A DNA stretch of 64,000 nt. It comes from Candidatus Multivoradales bacterium. Lineage in GTDB: Bacteria > Acidobacteriota > Thermoanaerobaculia > Multivoradales > JAHEKO01. The notes under the pieces are model-generated. The model ran no database searches. It saw nothing but the letters and a program-made list of their open reading frames with translations, and was not told the origin of the DNA. Below, in pieces: positions 31,394 to 41,126 of this stretch. The stretch spans positions 1,952,001 through 2,016,000 of the forward strand of contig CBDCXM010000009.1 of assembly GCA_965223855.1 (NCBI GenBank), given 5' to 3'. The translations under genes and the position numbers were made by a program. Positions within the stretch are counted from its first letter, which is position 1. Every line of letters starts with the position of its first letter.

Positions 31394-34300
31394 GCCGATT
31401 GCAACGAAGGCGAGGGGGTGACCATAGGCCGTTCCGGGCGGCGAGCTGCACCGCCATTCTCGGAACGGGCCTGCTCCTCGCCTTTGCCTGGCCCCTCTCC
31501 CGAAGTCACGCCAGCAACGCTCCGGAGGGCTTGCCTGAGGCCGGCTTCGTTCGCGTCTGGACGGCCACGCAGGGCCAGGGCGTCTTCGGGCAGCTCCTCG
31601 ACGGTCGGGTCGTTCGCTTCGACGGCCAGTCGTGGGAGGGGCTCTTCGATGAACGCCCCCACGAGATCGTGCATTACGTTCCCGGTGTCGATGGCGCGGG
31701 AAGCCATCTCGCCGCAACTGAGAGGGCACTCCTGCGCTCGGACGGCGGCGGGGCTTCCTGGAAGACGGCTTCCATCGCCTCAGGACCTCGATGTGCTCGA
31801 GTGGCCGGAATCGTGGTCGATCCTGGCGCCAAGGATCACATCTTCGCTGCCAGCGACTCACGAGTCGGCTGCGCATCCGGGCTCTGGGAGACCGTCGATG
31901 GGGGTGCGACCTGGGAGTGGATCCCGACGGCCCAAGAGGGGGGCGCCGGACTCTGGCCTCTCGTTGCCGATCCCTGGAGGGGCGGATGGCTCTACAGTGC
32001 CAACCCCGACACCGGTTTCAGGTACTCGCGAGATTTCGGTCGCACCTGGATCGACCCGAACCCCGAGGCGGGACAGTTGGGCGGTACAGTCGTGCTCCAT
32101 CCCGTCGTGCAGGACCGGCTGCTGCTGGCGACGGCCGACGGCATCCTCCTCTCGGAGGACGCAGGCGACACGTGGACGACCGTCGAGGCCGGGAGCAGAG
32201 CGACTCAGATCGGTTTCTTCGGGCCGAACCCGGAGGTCGCCTACGCTGCAACTCTGGACGGCATTCTCCGGTCGAACGACGGGGGAGGCTCCTGGGAGCG
32301 GGTCAACGAGATGGGGGGACTGGCCCTTGCGACGGACTCATCGTCGCCTGAGACGGTGTACGTCGCTTCGCCTGGAGCGTCCGCGTACCTGGGAAGAGTG
32401 ACGGTTCCCCAGTTCGCGGCCGGAATCTGGGTGTCGCGCGACGGCGGCGAACATTTCTCGAGGCTAGGCCCGGAGATCCGAGCCCAAGCGAAGGCCATCG
32501 ACGCCTTCCCCTTCCGGCCCGCCGTCACTCCCGGAGGCATTGCCACGTCCTCTTCCGACCCCGGTTTGCAGGGCCTCATTGCCGCGGGCGGGTCGGGGTC
32601 CTTCGACGTCTCCTCCTTCGGAGCATTGTGTGACGGCGTGGAGGATGACACCTCAGCCATCCAGGCTGCGGTGGATGCCGCTGCACTGGCAAGCGGAGGT
32701 ACCGTGGTGCTGCCAACGGGGATCTGTCGCATCGACGGCACGATCCAGATGGCCTCCGGGACCACTCTGATCGGCCAGGGAATCGGTGCGACCTTCCTTC
32801 GAAGGGGCGGGATCAACTATCCGGCACCGCACTTCATGGTCGTCTTCGATGGCACCGAAGGGGCTTCGCTTCAGCACTTGACGATCGATGGCAGCCGCGG
32901 CCTGGCCTCGGAAGCAACGGGCTCGCTGTCGGGAGTGGAGCTCGATTCGGCGCGAGAGATCTCGCTTCGATCGATTCAGATCAAGGCCCAGGAGGGCATC
33001 GGAGTGGTCGTGAACGGAACGACCACGGAGCTAGCCAACAGAGTCTCGATCCTGGACGCTCGCTTCGACGAAGTCGGCGGTGGCGCTCTCCTGTTGGAGG
33101 GTGAGTGGAGCGACGTGCTGGTGGCAGACTGCACGTTTGCCGACTACGAAGGCGTGCCGATTCGTCACGACGGCACCGGGTCTTCACTCCCGTCCACAGG
33201 TCTCGTCGTAAGCGGATCGCGCTTCACCAGTCAGAGTCCCCAGGTCGCGATTGAACTCGATTGGGTGGTTCGAACAAACATCAGTCAGAACGTGATCGCC
33301 GGCGGCATCGAGCTGGGCGAGGTGGGCTATGCAACGCTCGAGGAGAACGTCATTCGCTCTGACAGCGCTCCCGGCATCCTCGTGGACGACGAGTCGGGAC
33401 CTCTGGTCGTAGCCAACAACGTCGTGGAGAGTGCGGGGGACTGGGGTGTGCGAGCTCCCGTCGCCGGCGGTAGCCTGGTCGGCCTGTCCGTGGTCGGAAA
33501 TCGATTCCGCAGCGACGTGGGAGGAGTGTTCCTCTCAAAAGGGCGGGACGTGCTGATCAGTTCCAACAGCGTGGTAGCGACGTCCTCCGGGGGCACCAAC
33601 CACGGCCTTCTGGTCGCTTCTGATCTATCCGTCGAAAACGTCAGTATCACCAACAACGTCGTCAGGGACTCCCTGACGGGAATCGAAGTGGCCGTCGGTC
33701 AGGCATCCTTCGACACTGCGCTGGTAGCCGACAACCTCATCTATTCGAGCGTCGCCGGAGCTCAGGGGATCGTCATAGACGGCGCGATCTCGAACGCGCT
33801 GGACGGTGGCAACCAATCGGTCGAGATCGAACTCGACACCACGCCACCGACGCTCGCCTTCGTCAGCCCGACGAACGGTTCTTACGTCAACACCGCGAGT
33901 CCCGACTTGATCGTGGCCTTCTCCGACGCTCAGTCGGGAGTCGACACCGAAAGCCTCGCGTTCTTCGTCGACGGTGTCGCCGCTGCAAGCAGCTGCACCT
34001 TCGGCGTGGACAATGCCACCTGCCAACTGACGACTCCCTTGGCGGAGGGACCGGCGGCGCTCACGGCTTCCATCGCCGACCTGGAGGGCAACGTTTCGCC
34101 ACTGGCGGCATCCACGTTCACGGTCGACACCATCCCGCCCGACGCGGTCGATGTTCTGCTGGTTTCAGCCCCGGAGCCGACGGGTGGGAGCACGGCGCTG
34201 GCGGGCTCGCCAGGTGCGGCCGAAGGGTTGACGACCCTGACCGTGACGAATCGAAGTACCTCGGCGACCACAACGACGAACGTGGCCGCGGACGGCAGCT

Positions 34301-37300
34301 TCGCCCTGTCGGTTGCCGCGGAATCGGGCGATGTCCTCGAACTCGTGCTGACGGATGCGGCCGGCAACGCCAGCCCTCCGGCTCTAGTCTTCGCCGCTGT
34401 CCCGACGGCGTGCCATGAACCGCCGGACCCCAGCCTCGTAGCCGATCAGAGCCTGCTCTCCAATTACGACATCTTCGAGCATAGTCGCTTCCTTTGGGAA
34501 GGCGATCCTGCGGTCCAGATCGGTGTGCTCCCGGACGCTCTGCAGAGCGAGACGATGGCTCTCGTGCGTGGTTTCGTCTTCGACCGGGAAGGCAACCCGC
34601 TGCCCGGCGTATCGGTCTCGGTGCTGGACCGCCTTGAGTACGGTTGTACGGCAAGCCGAGTCGATGGCTCCTTCGACCTCGCCGTCACCGGTGGTCCTGC
34701 AGTGCTTTCCTTCGAGCGGGACGGCTACTTCTCGGTTCAACGGCGGCAGGACATCGCGGTTCGGGAGCTGACCTCGCTCGAGCAAGTCATCCTCACCGCG
34801 TTGCCCGCAACCGCCGATGCTCTCCTCCTGGGCGCCTCGACGGTGGAGGTCGCTAGGGGTGAGGTAGAGACCGATGCCGACGGCAGCCGACAAGCGACCG
34901 TCCTGGTGCCTGCCGGCGTCACAGCTGAACTCGAGATGCCGGACGGGTCCATGGTGCCGGCTCCCAACCTCACAGTGCGGATCAAGGAATTCACCGTGGG
35001 CGACCTCGGCCCCGACGCCATGCCGGGCGCTCTCCCTGCGGCCAGCGCCTACACCTACGCCTTCGAGGCCATCGCCGACGAGGCTGAGGCGGCGGGTGCC
35101 ACCTCGATCGTGTTCAGCGAACCGGTCTTCCACTACATCGAGAACTTCCTCGACTTCCCGGCCGGGACGGTAGTGCCCGTCGGGTTCTACGACCGCAAGC
35201 AGGGGCAATGGGTGGCGAGCGACGATGGCGTGGTGATCGACATCATCGGCATCGACGGCGCCGGCCTCGCGGAGCTCGACGTCGACGACTCCGGGCAGGC
35301 TGCGGACGCGGCGACCCTTGCCGGCCTCGGCTTCACGGACGCCGAGAGGGAGAAGCTTGCAACGCTCTATTCGGTCGGCGAGTCGCTCTGGAGGAGTCCG
35401 ATTCCCCATCTGACTCCGTGGGACTGCAACATGGCGTGGCGGAACTCGCCTGAGGACGCGATCAATCCCGATCCCGAGGTCACGGTCGGTGGCGGCGAGG
35501 AGTGCAACGACCAGCAGAGCGGCTCGATCATCGAGTGCCAGAACCAGGTCATCAGGGAGTCGATCCCGATAGCCGGGACGCCGTTCGCTTTGCACTACAG
35601 CAGCGAGCGAGTGGCGGGGCGGGAGTTCGACCGCATTCTCGACATCGAACTGACGCCGGACGAAGTGCCGGAGTCGCTGCAGACTGTGATCCTCGAGATC
35701 AAGGTGGCCGGTCAGGCGCATCGCTTCGAGTACCCGCCCCTGCCGGGCCTCCAGCACACCTTCATCTGGGATGGTCTCGACGCCTACGGGCGTCCGGTCG
35801 TCGGCGAGGTGGCGGTCAAAGGGAGAGTGGGCTTCAAGTATCCGTACCTGATCACCGGAGGGCCGGGCACTGGTCGCAGTTTCGGGCTCCCCTCCGCCTC
35901 GACCCTCACGCGCCCCTCGAGGGACGAGCTGATCGCCTGGGCAGACTTCAGCACCACGCTCCGCTCGCTGAATCTCGGACAGGACGGCGGCCCCCTGGGA
36001 CTCGGCTGGTCAGGCTGGTCGATCACTCCGCAACACATGCATGCCGTTCGCAGAATTGCCGAAGGCAGTCTCTACTTCGGTGATGGAAGCACCTACCCCT
36101 CGGATCAGTTGACGTTTCGGGAGGAGTTCCAGTTCGGCGGTGCCAACGTCGATTACTTCAAGTGGGAGAACGGCGGATGGGTTGTTGCCAACAACACCTT
36201 CCTCGCCGTGGATAGCATGACGACGGACGCGGCTGGCAACGTCTACGTCTCCGAAGGTGGGGGGATCTACAAGTTCATTCCGGGTGATGGCACCTATCGC
36301 ATCGCAGGTGGAGGCGGCTCCACCGCCGATGACATACCCGCAGTGGACGCGAGTCTCAACCAGCCCAGGAGGCTGGACGTGGGGGCCGACGGGACCCTCT
36401 ATTTTGCAGAGCACTTCGGCGGGAACCGAGTGCGACGCATCCGTCCTGACGGGATGATCGACACCGTCTTCTACGTCGACCGGCCTGCCGAGGTCTCGGT
36501 GGGGCCGGACGGGGCTCTCTACGTAGTAGAGAACGAGGGCTGGGACTCGATTCTGAAGGTCGATCCGGACTCGGGGGCGGCAGCGACGTTCGCTGGGGGT
36601 ACCGGCGACACCTGCTCCGACCCTGAGCGAGGTGATGGGGGGCCGGCGACTCTCGCCTGTCTCCGTCTGCACACCACCGTCATGAAACTGGGTTGGATGG
36701 CGGACGGCTCGATGTTGATCCCCGAGGGTCGAACCATGAACCGGATTCGCAGGGTCGCTCCCAGCGGCACGATCACCACGTTCATGGGCGACGACACTCC
36801 CGGCGATCCTGCCTACGGCCTCCACTACAGCAACTCGAGACTCGATTCTCCCAAGATGGTCGATGTCGATCCGGTCTCGGGCTCGATCCTGATTCTCGAC
36901 AGCGGCAATCGGCTCAGTCTGATCCAACCCGATGGGATCATCGTGCCGGTGGATGCGCCCGACGCTCGAGCGATGGAGTACTCGATCGACGGCCGAATGC
37001 ACTGGGTCAACGATCCTATCTTTCAGCCGCCCGCCCGGATGTACGTGCGGGAGTTCAGCGACTTCCGGGACGAGAACGGCAACTTCAACATCCCGTCACC
37101 GGATGCCAGCGCGATCTATCGCTTCGCACCGAACGGCCGGCATCTGGACACCGTCGATGCGGCCACGGGAGACCTGGTCTATCGCTTCAACTACGACGGC
37201 GCCGAGAGGCTCCAGAGCATCGAGGACCGCTACGGCTTGGAGATGACCGTTCAGCGCGGCGGTGGTGGGGCTCCCACCGCGTTGGTGGCCCCGCATGGGC

Positions 37301-40248
37301 AGGTGACCAACGTCACGGTCGATGGCGCGGGCAATCTGCTGTCCGTCGTCAATCCTGAAGGCGAGTCGTACTCGATGACCTATGGCGAGGGCGGCTTGCT
37401 GGAGTCGATCACCGACCCGCGAGACAACACGACATCGATGACCTATGACGCCGCCGGCCTGCTGCTGAGCGAGGAAGACGCCAAGGGCGCCACCAAGACC
37501 CTCACCCGAACTGCCGGCACCACCGACTACAGCGTCCTCTTCGCGACCGAAGAGGGTGCGACGGCCAACTACCACATACAGCGCAACGACGACGGAAGCC
37601 AGGACCGCACTCAGACGGACCCCGGAAACGTGGTCACCCTCACGCATCTGAAGAAGAACCTCGGTCGTACAGTGACCCGGCCGGACGGCACCGTCATCGA
37701 TCTCGAACTCGAAGACGACCCGAGGTTCGGAACCCAGTCGTTCGTCCCTCAGCTTCAGGTGGTCACTCCGCTGGGCCTGGTTCGAACGGTGACGACGACC
37801 CGCACGCCGACCTTCGTCGACCCCAGCGGCCCGCAGCGTGACCCGGCCAACCTCGAGACCCTGCTCGAGGAGGTCGACATCAACGGCGAGGTCTACTCGT
37901 CCCTCTACACGTCGGCGACCCGCACCTGGCAGCTGACGAGCCCGGAGGGCCGCACGGCTACCACGGTGCTGAATGCCGAAGGTGAAGTGGAGAGCGTCCA
38001 GCGTCCCGGCCTCCACCCGGTGACCATGACCTACGACACCGAGGGCCGGCTTGTAGAGACGCGGATGGGTGTAGCCCCGGACGAGCGAGTCACGACCTAC
38101 GCGTACGGCACGGCGGGATGGCTCGACTCGATGACGGACGCCGAGCAGCGCACCTTCGGGTGGCAGAGGGACCTCGTCGGCCGACCGCTCGTCACCGACT
38201 ATCCGGACGCGAGCCAGCTCGACACCGGATACGACGACAACGGCAACCTCATAGACCTCGCACCTCCCGGGCAGCCGTCGCACGCCTTCACCTACGACGA
38301 CGTGGACCTTCCCGATACCTATCAGGCCCCCGGCAATCCCGCGGAGGACCTTGACTTCAACCTCGATCGGCAGCCGATCACCCTCACCCGGCCCAGCGGC
38401 GAGGTCGTGACGTTCGAGTACGACGCCACCCGCAGGCTGACCAAGATCGACACGACGACCGACGACCACACGATGGTCTATCGATCCATCAGCAACCAGC
38501 TGCTATCCCTGTCGCACTGGCCTCAAGGCTCCGGCATCGGTACCGGCCAGACCCTGAGCTTCGAGTACGACGGCTTCCTGCCGACGAAGACCACCTGGTC
38601 AGGCACCGTCGGCGGCACGGTGCAGCACGACTACGACGACGACTTCCGCGTCGACAAGCAGACGGTCTACAACGGCCTGGTGATCTCGTACGGCTACGAC
38701 CTGGACAGCCTGCTGACCCAGGCCGGGTCGCTCGGCATCGTCCGCGACCCTGCGACCGGTTGGATCGACACTACGACGCTCGGCGTGATCGACACGAGCC
38801 AGGGCTACAACGGCTTCGGCGAGATGGACTCCTTCGAGGCAACCGTCTCTGCGGCCCCGGTCTATTCCGCTTCCTACGTCCACGACGACCTCGGCCGAAT
38901 CACCGAGAAGACCGAGACCATCGACGGCGTGACCTCGGTGTACGTCTACGAGTACGAAACGAGCGGTCGACTCGACAAGGTCTGGAAAGACGCCGCCCTG
39001 GTCGAGGACTACGGCTACGACGCCAACGGCAACCGCACCTCGTACGACGGCATGTTCGGGCCGGCGACCGGCAGCTACGACAGCCAGGATCGCCTCCAGA
39101 CCTACGGCTCGCGCACCTACAGCTTCGACGCCGACGGCGATCTCACGTCCGTCAGCTCCGGTGGCTTCCAGACGACCTACGACTACGACGCCATGGGCTC
39201 GCTGCGACAGGTCGTGCTCGATACCGGGGTCACCATCGACTACACCGTCGACGGGCTGAACCGCCGGGTCGGCAAGTCGATCGGCGGCGTGCTGGTGCAG
39301 GGCTTCCTCTACCAGGACCAGCTCAACCCGGTGGCGGAGCTCGACGGCGCGGGCAACGTGGTCAGCCAGTTCGTCTACGGCACGCGGGGGCACGTGCCGG
39401 ACTACATGACGAAGGGGGGCACGACCTACCGCATCGTTTCCGATCACCTCGGGAGCGTTCGCCTCGTCGTCAACACCTCGACGGGAGCGATCGTCCAGCG
39501 GATGGACTACGACTCGTTCGGGCGGGTGATCTTCGACGACAACCCGGGGTTCCAGCCATTCGGCTTTGCGGGCGGGTTGTACGAGCCGCAGACGGGGTTG
39601 GTGCGGTTCGGGGCGAGGGATTACGAGGCGGTGACGGGGCGGTGGACGGCTAAGGATCCGATTGGGTTTGGGGGTGGGGACAGCAATCTGTATTCGTATG
39701 TGGGACAGGATCCGGTGAATCTGGTGGATCCGAGTGGGGAGATTGTGCCGCTCGTAGTCGCGGGTGCGCTGGTTGGTGGTGCAGTTGCGGGAGGTCTGTA
39801 CGGGGCGTTCACGGATGACTTCACTTGGTGCGGGTTCTGGGGCGCTGTCGCCGGTGGCGCCATCGCCGGAGGGGTCGGTGTCGTTGCGACGCCGATTGCG
39901 GCGTCTCTAGGGTTAGGTACAGCCTGGACCGGGGCAGCGATAGTCAACGCGGGAGCAGGCCTGACTGCGGCGGTCGCGACAGCCGCGATTGACCCAGGCC
40001 AACCCTTGTCGATAGCGTTTCTTAGTACCTCTGCGGCGTTCGGAGGGCTAGGAGGTGCGCTCGGCGGAGCGGCGTTTCCAACGACAGGAATGTCCAACTT
40101 CCGCCAGGTTGGCTTTCCTAGGACATGGCGAGGAGTAACTCCGAGGGCGCTTGGCGGGACGATGGGGCAGAACGCGAGGCGTTCGGTTTGGCAGGGAGGA
40201 ACACTCGGTACAACGGTCGGATTTCTAGGTCCTTCTTATGTGCAATGA
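31390..40248 (+). CDS. Giant teneurin-like RHS/YD-repeat protein: BNR/Asp-box propeller, beta-helix, Ig-like, FN-plug, NHL, YD shell, RHS core, Gly-rich C-terminal domain
   Basis: SxDGGxxW Asp boxes; FGALCDGVEDDTSAIQAA; DTTPP/DTIPP Ig linkers; ESIPIAGTPFALHYSS..FIWDGLDAYGR..GWS; YD repeats; RFGARDY..GRWTAKDP..DPVNLVDPSG. Confidence 0.9.
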   Translation: MSRLQRRRGGDHRPFRAASCTAILGTGLLLAFAWPLSRSHASNAPEGLPEAGFVRVWTATQGQGVFGQLLDGRVVRFDGQSWEGLFDERPHEIVHYVPGVDGAGSHLAATERALLRSDGGGASWKTASIASGPRCARVAGIVVDPGAKDHIFAASDSRVGCASGLWETVDGGATWEWIPTAQEGGAGLWPLVADPWRGGWLYSANPDTGFRYSRDFGRTWIDPNPEAGQLGGTVVLHPVVQDRLLLATADGILLSEDAGDTWTTVEAGSRATQIGFFGPNPEVAYAATLDGILRSNDGGGSWERVNEMGGLALATDSSSPETVYVASPGASAYLGRVTVPQFAAGIWVSRDGGEHFSRLGPEIRAQAKAIDAFPFRPAVTPGGIATSSSDPGLQGLIAAGGSGSFDVSSFGALCDGVEDDTSAIQAAVDAAALASGGTVVLPTGICRIDGTIQMASGTTLIGQGIGATFLRRGGINYPAPHFMVVFDGTEGASLQHLTIDGSRGLASEATGSLSGVELDSAREISLRSIQIKAQEGIGVVVNGTTTELANRVSILDARFDEVGGGALLLEGEWSDVLVADCTFADYEGVPIRHDGTGSSLPSTGLVVSGSRFTSQSPQVAIELDWVVRTNISQNVIAGGIELGEVGYATLEENVIRSDSAPGILVDDESGPLVVANNVVESAGDWGVRAPVAGGSLVGLSVVGNRFRSDVGGVFLSKGRDVLISSNSVVATSSGGTNHGLLVASDLSVENVSITNNVVRDSLTGIEVAVGQASFDTALVADNLIYSSVAGAQGIVIDGAISNALDGGNQSVEIELDTTPPTLAFVSPTNGSYVNTASPDLIVAFSDAQSGVDTESLAFFVDGVAAASSCTFGVDNATCQLTTPLAEGPAALTASIADLEGNVSPLAASTFTVDTIPPDAVDVLLVSAPEPTGGSTALAGSPGAAEGLTTLTVTNRSTSATTTTNVAADGSFALSVAAESGDVLELVLTDAAGNASPPALVFAAVPTACHEPPDPSLVADQSLLSNYDIFEHSRFLWEGDPAVQIGVLPDALQSETMALVRGFVFDREGNPLPGVSVSVLDRLEYGCTASRVDGSFDLAVTGGPAVLSFERDGYFSVQRRQDIAVRELTSLEQVILTALPATADALLLGASTVEVARGEVETDADGSRQATVLVPAGVTAELEMPDGSMVPAPNLTVRIKEFTVGDLGPDAMPGALPAASAYTYAFEAIADEAEAAGATSIVFSEPVFHYIENFLDFPAGTVVPVGFYDRKQGQWVASDDGVVIDIIGIDGAGLAELDVDDSGQAADAATLAGLGFTDAEREKLATLYSVGESLWRSPIPHLTPWDCNMAWRNSPEDAINPDPEVTVGGGEECNDQQSGSIIECQNQVIRESIPIAGTPFALHYSSERVAGREFDRILDIELTPDEVPESLQTVILEIKVAGQAHRFEYPPLPGLQHTFIWDGLDAYGRPVVGEVAVKGRVGFKYPYLITGGPGTGRSFGLPSASTLTRPSRDELIAWADFSTTLRSLNLGQDGGPLGLGWSGWSITPQHMHAVRRIAEGSLYFGDGSTYPSDQLTFREEFQFGGANVDYFKWENGGWVVANNTFLAVDSMTTDAAGNVYVSEGGGIYKFIPGDGTYRIAGGGGSTADDIPAVDASLNQPRRLDVGADGTLYFAEHFGGNRVRRIRPDGMIDTVFYVDRPAEVSVGPDGALYVVENEGWDSILKVDPDSGAAATFAGGTGDTCSDPERGDGGPATLACLRLHTTVMKLGWMADGSMLIPEGRTMNRIRRVAPSGTITTFMGDDTPGDPAYGLHYSNSRLDSPKMVDVDPVSGSILILDSGNRLSLIQPDGIIVPVDAPDARAMEYSIDGRMHWVNDPIFQPPARMYVREFSDFRDENGNFNIPSPDASAIYRFAPNGRHLDTVDAATGDLVYRFNYDGAERLQSIEDRYGLEMTVQRGGGGAPTALVAPHGQVTNVTVDGAGNLLSVVNPEGESYSMTYGEGGLLESITDPRDNTTSMTYDAAGLLLSEEDAKGATKTLTRTAGTTDYSVLFATEEGATANYHIQRNDDGSQDRTQTDPGNVVTLTHLKKNLGRTVTRPDGTVIDLELEDDPRFGTQSFVPQLQVVTPLGLVRTVTTTRTPTFVDPSGPQRDPANLETLLEEVDINGEVYSSLYTSATRTWQLTSPEGRTATTVLNAEGEVESVQRPGLHPVTMTYDTEGRLVETRMGVAPDERVTTYAYGTAGWLDSMTDAEQRTFGWQRDLVGRPLVTDYPDASQLDTGYDDNGNLIDLAPPGQPSHAFTYDDVDLPDTYQAPGNPAEDLDFNLDRQPITLTRPSGEVVTFEYDATRRLTKIDTTTDDHTMVYRSISNQLLSLSHWPQGSGIGTGQTLSFEYDGFLPTKTTWSGTVGGTVQHDYDDDFRVDKQTVYNGLVISYGYDLDSLLTQAGSLGIVRDPATGWIDTTTLGVIDTSQGYNGFGEMDSFEATVSAAPVYSASYVHDDLGRITEKTETIDGVTSVYVYEYETSGRLDKVWKDAALVEDYGYDANGNRTSYDGMFGPATGSYDSQDRLQTYGSRTYSFDADGDLTSVSSGGFQTTYDYDAMGSLRQVVLDTGVTIDYTVDGLNRRVGKSIGGVLVQGFLYQDQLNPVAELDGAGNVVSQFVYGTRGHVPDYMTKGGTTYRIVSDHLGSVRLVVNTSTGAIVQRMDYDSFGRVIFDDNPGFQPFGFAGGLYEPQTGLVRFGARDYEAVTGRWTAKDPIGFGGGDSNLYSYVGQDPVNLVDPSGEIVPLVVAGALVGGAVAGGLYGAFTDDFTWCGFWGAVAGGAIAGGVGVVATPIAASLGLGTAWTGAAIVNAGAGLTAAVATAAIDPGQPLSIAFLSTSAAFGGLGGALGGAAFPTTGMSNFRQVGFPRTWRGVTPRALGGTMGQNARRSVWQGGTLGTTVGFLGPSYVQ

Positions 40249-40579
40249 GTTCTGCAAACGAGAGACTCTGGTGCCCGCCGCTACAGCGCTCGTGGTGTTT
40301 GGCTTAGTCACATGGACGACTTTCTCGGGTCCTTGCGAGGACCTGAAGATTCGCGGTTTCTTCGGCGGGATGGCTGCTGGGTTTGTGGCGAGCATACTTC
40401 TCGCTAAAGGTAGTTCACGCAAGGCCAGGCGCGGTCGTTTTCGAGCGCTTGCCGCCTCTATCATCTTGTTGGGGGCAGTTCTTCTTGCCGGTGTTTCGAA
40501 GCTTCTAGCGGCAGGGTTCTTTGCAGGAGCGGGAGTCGTGGTGATGTTTTGCCTTGCAGTCGAGGGTTTCCGCTCCTAG
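40238..40579 (+). CDS. Small hydrophobic membrane protein, putative immunity protein for the RHS C-terminal domain
   Basis: 113 aa, about 4 hydrophobic segments, overlaps the RHS stop, and shares the lower-GC codon style of the RHS tip. Confidence 0.6.
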   Translation: MCNEFCKRETLVPAATALVVFGLVTWTTFSGPCEDLKIRGFFGGMAAGFVASILLAKGSSRKARRGRFRALAASIILLGAVLLAGVSKLLAAGFFAGAGVVVMFCLAVEGFRS

Positions 40580-40690
40580 AGTGCTCTTAGAGGTTCGCGC
40601 CCCTCCTAGAGGTGCCCCCTCCTAGAGGTGCCACTCGAATCCTGTAGGAATCCGGCCCCCCTAGAGGTGCCCCCTCCTAGAGGTTCCGGG
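40573..40690 (+). repeat. Micro-array of CCTAGAGGT(G/T)CC units (about 6 copies)
   Basis: Copies or variants at about 40575, 40586, 40605, 40621, 40660 and 40676. Confidence 0.85.
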
Positions 40691-41092
40691 TGAATAGTCG
40701 AGAGCGAGGCTGCTTCGTGGTGGAGCCGCTCATGGGGAGCTTGTCGACCCTCGCGGTCAGGCCCTGAGCGCGCTGTGCATGCTTGAGATCCCGGCTTGGG
40801 AGCAGCTCTCACGGTGCTCAGCGCGACCTGGACGGTCTCTCCGACCCGCTTGCGCATAGCAATCCCTCGACCTCGGAGGGTCCCCTCCTAGAGGTTCCGG
40901 GTGAATAGTCGAGAGCGAGGCTGCTTCGTGGTGGAGCCGCTCATGGGGAGCTTGTCGACCCTCGCGGTCAGGCCCTGAGCGCGCTGTGCATGCTTGAGAT
41001 CCCGGCTTGGGAGCAGCTCTCACGGTGCTCAGCGCGACCTGGACGGTCTCTCCGACCCGCTTGCGCATAGCAATCCCTCGACCTCGGAGGGT
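40671..41092 (+). repeat. Apparently perfect 211-bp tandem duplication
   Basis: 40671-40881 equals 40882-41092; both copies begin CCCCTCCTAGAGGTTCCGGGTGAATAG and end CCCTCGACCTCGGAGGGT. Confidence 0.9.
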
Positions 41093-41126
41093 CGATGGGT
41101 AGGGATCCGGAAGCGGGACCGGGCGA

